Shown piece after piece: positions 27,130-33,467 of a DNA stretch of 36,255 nt. Within the stretch, counting starts at the first letter, position 1. Each line of letters starts with the position of its first letter. The position numbers and the translations under genes were made by a program. This stretch comes from a virus (lineage: Duplodnaviria; Caudoviricetes): positions 1 to 36,255 of the IMG/VR virus record IMGVR_UViG_3300025018_000317; one strand, 5' to 3'. The notes beneath the pieces were generated by a model, which was not told where the DNA came from, did no database searches, and was given only the letters and a program-made list of their open reading frames with translations.

Positions 27130-30100
27130 CTAGAACTTAGTTCGTTTTGGCATTTTTGATGTACGACCTAGTTTTATCTTTCCTTGCATATTTCCAGTAG
27201 GTTTTGGAGCATCATAACCAAATCCAGGCCAAGACCATACTCCGTTAGAAGAAGGTTTTCTATCGGTATTGGCCGCAGGTATTCGACTATCTACAGAGAG
27301 TTGTTCGAAAATAGATTTATCTTTTGAAAACTCAGATGTTCTATTACCTGGCCTATGTTCTCCTTCTTCCTTCTTGTTTAAATGAGAGTCTCCAAATGTA
27401 CCTGCCATAGAAATATTTGCAACAAATTTAGGTTTAGAAAACATAGACTTTTCTAAAGTGTGAGCAACAAGAGCCAAATTTACAGCGTCTAGAAAGTGGT
27501 CTCCAACCTTCTCGTCAAGAACACCATAAACTGGCTGACCATACATACTGACCCTGTCAACGACATAGTTTTGTAACTGAGCGGTAAAGTCTAGATCTCC
27601 TCTTGGATATCTAATCTGTATTTGCTCAAACCTTCTAACTGAGTTTTCTACCAAGAAAGACTTGCTATGTTTTTTGACCTTTTGTTTGGTAAACGGATCT
27701 GTGATTTCAATACTAGTGCTAAACGAGTATCCTTTAACAATGTCTTTTAGTCTAGAGTCAGGACTAGAAGGTCCATGCAAAAGGGTTTGATCAAAACCAA
27801 ACTTACGTAGAACTTCAATTTGGGTTGTTCCAAATCCTTGGTCCACATATATAAACTCAGGAAGCCATTTTCTATTAAGCTGAGAGATTCTTTGACAGGC
27901 AGCAAGCTGCGTCCACTCTCCTCTCCTTACAACGTCCTTCTCAACCAAATAGAACAATCCATCATCGGGATTAAATCCCATTACAGCAATAGTTGTTCCT
28001 ATTTTGTGATCGTTCCAATCTACTCCAATTGTATACGCCCACTCCTTGGTTGGCTTCAGGTCTCCATAGTTAAATTCTGCCTGACACTGTTCAATGTATT
28101 TATTCTGATAAACACCCTCTTCCTGTTCACCAAACTCCGCTTTGATTTCGTGCTTGTATCCAGCCTCCGTCAATTCAGATTTAAAATAATCGTCAAGATC
28201 TTGAGTCCAGTTAGGGTTAACGAAAGAAGGATAAAAGAACTCTCTGTATTGTTTGTTCATACAAGTTTCATAGAATTTTGCACGAGCACCAGTAGGGGTT
28301 GAAGACATCCACACAGTTGCTTCTGGAAAGTTGGCAATTGTGGCGATAGCGGCATTGATGTCACCAGGGCTATTGTGGGTTAAAGTCCCACTGGCAACAA
28401 AATTGTTTGTTTTAGGTACTCGTAAATCATAAACTTCTTTAAAACGATTTTTCATAGGATGAATAATATTAATCCTAGAAGCATAACAACAAATTCGTTG
28501 TTGAATTTGATTTATAAAATCCTCTTCACCAATTTGTTCTAATCCTATCAGTAGTTTTTCGATACTATTAAGAGTTGGATTAACTTTTCTATGTAAACTA
28601 TCAAAAATAATTTGCTTACCTGTAAATTTCTTAGAAATAGATTTCTTAATAGATTGAAAAATATCTTTAAAATATCCAGCATGATATCTCAAATTAGAGT
28701 ATTTATTTGGATTAGATACCCTATTAGTTATAGCAATTTCTAATTTTGCAGACTTAGCAGAACTACCAAAACCAATATAATTATTAAAAAGTTTAATAAA
28801 ACGGTCTTCGGCAATAGATAATTGATATACGGGATTTTTACCAAACCCAGAAGGTTTATGTTTAGATAATGATGATAAGATCCCCAGTTTTTGCAGTAAC
28901 AGTCTTATTATACGAATTACAGTAAAGTCTTCCTGAGAAACTACGACAGAATTTCTTGTAAGATTAACCGAACCTTCTGCATCATAAAATCCCGATAAAA
29001 ATGCTCCTAACCCTTCGATGTCCAATGTGCTAATTTCTTTTGTTATTTTTTTGCTAGTCAGAAATCCTGGAAACCATTTTTCAATATAATCGACAAAAGT
29101 TTTTGAACTTAGACGTAATCTATATCCCTTACCGGATGAGTATTTGGAAATCTTACCTTTATTAGTAAAGCCCAATTGAACCGCCAAATCTCTATAGAAA
29201 ACAAGGTTGGAAATATCTTTATCAGTAAATTCTATAGTTGTTCTATCTAAATATCCATCACCTAAGAAATAACCCATTATTTGACATAATCTAGGATCAA
29301 CAGATCTATGCCCTAAAATACCTTGGCGTGGATGGATAAAAAAATCACCAATTTGCAAATCTTCAGCAGCTTTTTCTGTAACTCCATTATCAGTAAGTAC
29401 AATATGCTTATGGTCTTTTGTAGTCTCTAAATATCCATATGAAGATTTTATAGCATACAGATTGGTCTCTTCTCTTCTTGACTTCCAGATGGCAGGAGCG
29501 ATATTAGAATGTAAAGATTCGTCTAGACAATGTATATTATAGTCTTTAGGAATATCATCAGAAATAAAAGAAATTGTTCCATCAGAACCTTCTATTAAGG
29601 TATCTGGAGAAACACATAGATAGTCGGCTTCGTCAAACACAAGCATGTTTGCTGGCTGACCACGAGCAGCGCCCGCTTCCTGTCCCGATCTTGTACCAGC
29701 TGTAAAGCCGATAATATTCGAACCGTTAAAAAGTTCCATTTTGTAACTTGGAGACTTTACATATCTAGAGCGAGACATGAAAAGAATATCATTACTTTTA
29801 ATAAGGTCATCGATGCGACCAAAGATCATTTCAATCTGAGACTGATATGGAGTAATAACAACAACCTTAAATTGTTTATGTGTCCATATTGCATAAAGGA
29901 TAGAGATACATAGAACTTCTGTTTTTCCAGCCTGGCGCCCGACACGAAAGACCTTTCTTCTTGAGCTGCAGTTGTGAACAATCAAACCGTTAGCAACAAA
30001 GTTGTGTCTTGTATCAACCTCTATATCCCAAACGTTATCTTTTCCAAGATATTCTATATTTGTAATTTTTGTTCGGGAGAGAGTATTGCATTTTCCATGG

Positions 30101-31494
30101 CGTCTAAAGCTAGCTCTCTTTGATATTTCTTTTTTTGCAATCTCGCTTTGAGTTTCTTTTCCAAAAATAAGACCAACTTCAAGAAAAAATCTTTCTACAT
30201 CAGAAGACCTTCTGATGCTTAAACGATATCCTTTTCCTTCCTTTTTATCTTTGTAAATATGAGAAGCGTATATTCCAATTTTTTTAAGTAAATATCTAAA
30301 CTTATTAAGAAAATCAGTATTTCCACTTGCTAAACTAAGGTTTGAAATACGAAAACTATCATTGGAAGGACTGTTATATACGCATCCGTCTCCTGCCCAC
30401 GCCCTGTTTATAAAAACCCCAAGCGCTTTCTTATTGAACTTGAAAGCGTAGTTAAGTATAGATATTTCTCGATTCTCTGGTCCAGTGCAGCCGATCTCTG
30501 CAAGAAAAGACAGTAGCTCTCTACTCTCCTTGAAATAGCTTACGCTCCAACTCTCTTTGTGAGAGCATGATTTGTTTTTATATTTAGGGTGGTATTTGAT
30601 CTCTGCATTTATATTAAATAGTTCAAGAACTAATTTCTGAAATTCTTCTACGTATTTTCTTCTGGTATTTCTGAATTGTACAACGTGTTTTTTCCCAACA
30701 ATGCCAGAGTTTTTAACACAACCATCGGTTACTAAATATCCCATAAGCTTAGCTAGGGAAACATTGTCTATTTCACCAAAAACACCAAACTCGTTTAGTG
30801 TATAAATCTTGTCTCCAATAGAAAGACCTTCTTTTAATGACTTGTAAACTCTTTTAAAGGATTTCTTACCAACAAGGTTGTTTTTCTTTCCTTCGTGAAA
30901 CCAGGATAGGATAGGGTGGTTGTCGGTAACGATCAAGGAGTCCCCATTTTCTAGGGAAACCTTAAAGACATCCCTTTCTCCATTGTTCCACTTATTGAGA
31001 ACTTTGTAAGATCTTTGTGTTTTCTTTCTGCCTTCGTTATAGGTAACTACTATGTCTCCTGGCTCTATTTCTTTTATTTTTTTTAGGGTACCATTGCCAA
31101 GAAAAACTTCGGTATCTCCATGTAGACAGCGAAGCATTTCTGCTTGATATGGGCGATGATATATAGACTTACCAGCCTTAGCTCTTTCTTCGTCATATTT
31201 AGCGGAGTTAGGAGGAATAGTGCCGTCTGCTGTTTTACGTTTCCAGACTTCTCCATCTGGATCTAGACAGTGCCAGTCTAAAAAAGTGGCGGCCCATGTA
31301 ACTGGATCCACTGAAGCGATTGACATGTTTGGGTCTTCGTCTAGCGTAGCAAGAATTTCGTCGGGAACATACTTAATAGGGATTCCGTTACATTTAACTG
31401 CAAACTTATCGCCCTTTCTAAGTCTATGTTTTTCAATATATCTTGAAACACAATTAGTGCAGGCATTTTGACATTCTTTAAGATTGAGTGACAT
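27130..31494 (-). CDS. terL: Terminase large subunit with two inteins (653 aa after splicing)
   Basis: RPYQ, Walker A VGRQAGKT, Walker B LVFDEADY, motif III SSTP, nuclease IGVDWN / YVDQG / DHFLDA. Confidence 0.95.
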   Translation of the reverse strand: MSLNLKECQNACTNCVSRYIEKHRLRKGDKFAVKCNGIPIKYVPDEILATLDEDPNMSIASVDPVTWAATFLDWHCLDPDGEVWKRKTADGTIPPNSAKYDEERAKAGKSIYHRPYQAEMLRCLHGDTEVFLGNGTLKKIKEIEPGDIVVTYNEGRKKTQRSYKVLNKWNNGERDVFKVSLENGDSLIVTDNHPILSWFHEGKKNNLVGKKSFKRVYKSLKEGLSIGDKIYTLNEFGVFGEIDNVSLAKLMGYLVTDGCVKNSGIVGKKHVVQFRNTRRKYVEEFQKLVLELFNINAEIKYHPKYKNKSCSHKESWSVSYFKESRELLSFLAEIGCTGPENREISILNYAFKFNKKALGVFINRAWAGDGCVYNSPSNDSFRISNLSLASGNTDFLNKFRYLLKKIGIYASHIYKDKKEGKGYRLSIRRSSDVERFFLEVGLIFGKETQSEIAKKEISKRASFRRHGKCNTLSRTKITNIEYLGKDNVWDIEVDTRHNFVANGLIVHNCSSRRKVFRVGRQAGKTEVLCISILYAIWTHKQFKVVVITPYQSQIEMIFGRIDDLIKSNDILFMSRSRYVKSPSYKMELFNGSNIIGFTAGTRSGQEAGAARGQPANMLVFDEADYLCVSPDTLIEGSDGTISFISDDIPKDYNIHCLDESLHSNIAPAIWKSRREETNLYAIKSSYGYLETTKDHKHIVLTDNGVTEKAAEDLQIGDFFIHPRQGILGHRSVDPRLCQIMGYFLGDGYLDRTTIEFTDKDISNLVFYRDLAVQLGFTNKGKISKYSSGKGYRLRLSSKTFVDYIEKWFPGFLTSKKITKEISTLDIEGLGAFLSGFYDAEGSVNLTRNSVVVSQEDFTVIRIIRLLLQKLGILSSLSKHKPSGFGKNPVYQLSIAEDRFIKLFNNYIGFGSSAKSAKLEIAITNRVSNPNKYSNLRYHAGYFKDIFQSIKKSISKKFTGKQIIFDSLHRKVNPTLNSIEKLLIGLEQIGEEDFINQIQQRICCYASRINIIHPMKNRFKEVYDLRVPKTNNFVASGTLTHNSPGDINAAIATIANFPEATVWMSSTPTGARAKFYETCMNKQYREFFYPSFVNPNWTQDLDDYFKSELTEAGYKHEIKAEFGEQEEGVYQNKYIEQCQAEFNYGDLKPTKEWAYTIGVDWNDHKIGTTIAVMGFNPDDGLFYLVEKDVVRRGEWTQLAACQRISQLNRKWLPEFIYVDQGFGTTQIEVLRKFGFDQTLLHGPSSPDSRLKDIVKGYSFSTSIEITDPFTKQKVKKHSKSFLVENSVRRFEQIQIRYPRGDLDFTAQLQNYVVDRVSMYGQPVYGVLDEKVGDHFLDAVNLALVAHTLEKSMFSKPKFVANISMAGTFGDSHLNKKEEGEHRPGNRTSEFSKDKSIFEQLSVDSRIPAANTDRKPSSNGVWSWPGFGYDAPKPTGNMQGKIKLGRTSKMPKRTKF
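28372..29616 (-). mobile_element. Intein 2 with LAGLIDADG homing endonuclease (415 aa)
   Basis: Starts CVSPDT, block B TTKDHK, IMGYFLGDG and FLSGFYDAEG, ends GTLTHN followed by Ser+1. Confidence 0.93.
29971..31128 (-). mobile_element. Intein 1 with LAGLIDADG homing endonuclease (386 aa)
   Basis: Starts CLHGDT, block B VTDNHP, LMGYLVTDG and FINRAWAGDG, ends NGLIVHN followed by Cys+1. Confidence 0.93.
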
Positions 31495-31521
31495 CGCCTA
31501 TCCTTAGTCTATCGTCCTTTG

Positions 31522-31977
31522 TTATCGATGGTTCCACAGTGTGCCTGCTTTACCCCTGAGTGCATTGAAGCCATTGACGGCTTTATTGGCATCCATTTTT
31601 ACCCCCCGTCCCACCGCCGAAGCTCCTGATCCAAGCGTGCCGAGGACGCCCCTGTTTGATCTAATAGCAGATCTCATAGCTCCTACTCCCATAGCGCCAT
31701 ATCTTCCCGCTCCAGCGCCAAGCAAACCTGCTCCTATTGTGCCGAAGAAAGAAGGGTCATCGCGAAGAGCTATGTTTGCAGCCATACTGCCATAGAGACC
31801 AGCGCGACCATATGAACCAGCCATGCCTTTTCTCTGAGCAGCAAAACCAAGAGCGCCAGCGGCCAAGGTTCCCCAAAAAGAAGTGTCTCTGTCCATGGCT
31901 ATATTTGTACCCATGGCTCCTAATGCACCATAACCTCCACGCATACCTAAGCTATGAGCTGTTGATAAAAAACCCAT
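31522..31977 (-). CDS. Small Gly/Ala-rich membrane-active-like protein with internal repeat
   Basis: 151 aa, GxxxG-rich, two similar segments 43 aa apart; GAGGTG SD; no Cys. Confidence 0.7.
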   Translation of the reverse strand: MGFLSTAHSLGMRGGYGALGAMGTNIAMDRDTSFWGTLAAGALGFAAQRKGMAGSYGRAGLYGSMAANIALRDDPSFFGTIGAGLLGAGAGRYGAMGVGAMRSAIRSNRGVLGTLGSGASAVGRGVKMDANKAVNGFNALRGKAGTLWNHR

Positions 31978-31988
31978 CTAATTCACCT

Positions 31989-32714
31989 CTATCCAAAGTA
32001 AGGTCTATAGGCAAGTGCAGCCTCATTTCCAATAGCAGATCTTCCATTAATTCTAGAGTTCTGCATTGCTGTCACACTTCTTTGCCTCATTGTAGCAGCA
32101 GTTCCAAAAGGATCAACAACAGGTCTAGTCATTTCTACTCCTGCGTGTTTTTTCATATGGTCCCGTACCCAGGGGCGAGCCATAAATTCAAAAGGATTGG
32201 CGCCGCCTGATGCGAAATTAGCTGCCGAATAAGCTGCACCCGCTATTGCTAAAACACCTAACCCTGTTCCAGAGAGCACTCCACCAGATAATTGAGTAAT
32301 ACCTTTTACTGCTGCACCAAACGCATAGTTATGCACCATAAACTCTGCAGCACCACCAATCGCGCCACTTATTCCACCTTTTTGATATCCTTCATATGCG
32401 CTATATCCAATAAACGCTTTTCCAAGATAACCTGCAGACATGTCTCTCATCCACTTCATGCCGTTAGCGTGGATACTAGATTGACCATAAGTCTTAAACG
32501 CATCTAGTGTTCTACTAGCTCTTGGATAGCTTTCTCTTATGTGAGAAAGCATTTCTCTACCAGAGGCTTTAATGTTAGCCATATGTGGATTTATAAAGCT
32601 TCGTATTCTTCCAGGAGGTGGAGGTGGCGCAGGAGGATATGACGCCCCAAAAGCCTTCTGCCTTGGGTACATTCCTCTTTTTAAATTCCATTCATATTCT
32701 TCAAATCTACTCAT
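31989..32714 (-). CDS. Gly/Ala-rich putative ejection protein
   Basis: 241 aa; GGISGAIGGAA and GLGVLAIAGAAY hydrophobic segments; PPAPPPPP tract; no Cys. Confidence 0.65.
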   Translation of the reverse strand: MSRFEEYEWNLKRGMYPRQKAFGASYPPAPPPPPGRIRSFINPHMANIKASGREMLSHIRESYPRASRTLDAFKTYGQSSIHANGMKWMRDMSAGYLGKAFIGYSAYEGYQKGGISGAIGGAAEFMVHNYAFGAAVKGITQLSGGVLSGTGLGVLAIAGAAYSAANFASGGANPFEFMARPWVRDHMKKHAGVEMTRPVVDPFGTAATMRQRSVTAMQNSRINGRSAIGNEAALAYRPYFG

Positions 32715-32717
32715 TGG

Positions 32718-33455
32718 TTAGTGTCTCCCCTGATGCATACCCTGAACTAATCCAAATGTGCTAGCATTAAACATTTCACGAGCTTGTTGTCTATTGTTTG
32801 TAGAATTGCCAATGTCGAATCCAGCAGAGGAAACTCCTGACGCCATTAGAGCGTTTGAAGGGTCAAAATCCCTAGCAGAATTGCCAGACGTAGCGATTCC
32901 GTACATTGCTGCTGCAGTGGCAACTCCACCGAGAGCAAGGGTTGGGTTTCTGAGCGCCGCTTCCCCAACGCTTCTTGCTGCGCCACCAAAAATAGACAGA
33001 GTATCTAAGCCAAACTTACCTAAACCTTTTCCGACATTTAACCCAGCTTTTCCAGCGCTAGCAGCCTTGCGAGTTAGATTCCCTGCCATGCCTCTGCTTT
33101 TTACCATATAATTTGTAATATCTTTCGCTTGACTTTTACTTATAATGCCCTCAGTAAGATGCGGAGCTAATATTGTATTGGATTCATTTATAATAGTTTG
33201 TTTGCTTGGTATTCCTTTAAGCCCCCACAATCTTCTAAATGTTAGGGCTCCTAAGCCTGCACCAATACCCGCACCAGCTATAGCTCTTGTAAGCCCAGTG
33301 CCCGGAGCAGCATCGTCTGGAGTTGAAAAGCCACCATAGGCAGCACCAATACCTGCACCTAAAACAGCGCGACCTCCACCTGTTCCAAATAGGCTACCAA
33401 CACCACTTTTCATACCGCCAGCTATATCGAACAAAGGTTTTTGGAATACGCTCAT
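32718..33455 (-). CDS. Glycine-zipper putative ejection protein
   Basis: 245 aa; AVLGAGIGAAYGG, AIAGAGIGAGLGAL, LALGGVATAAAMYGI; GGAG SD; no Cys. Confidence 0.65.
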   Translation of the reverse strand: MSVFQKPLFDIAGGMKSGVGSLFGTGGGRAVLGAGIGAAYGGFSTPDDAAPGTGLTRAIAGAGIGAGLGALTFRRLWGLKGIPSKQTIINESNTILAPHLTEGIISKSQAKDITNYMVKSRGMAGNLTRKAASAGKAGLNVGKGLGKFGLDTLSIFGGAARSVGEAALRNPTLALGGVATAAAMYGIATSGNSARDFDPSNALMASGVSSAGFDIGNSTNNRQQAREMFNASTFGLVQGMHQGRH

Positions 33456-33467
33456 GGTTTTGCACTC

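Noticed and set aside
31522-31977. Small terminase call for the gene upstream of terL
   Set aside because: Gly/Ala hydrophobic composition with no HTH or coiled-coil character.
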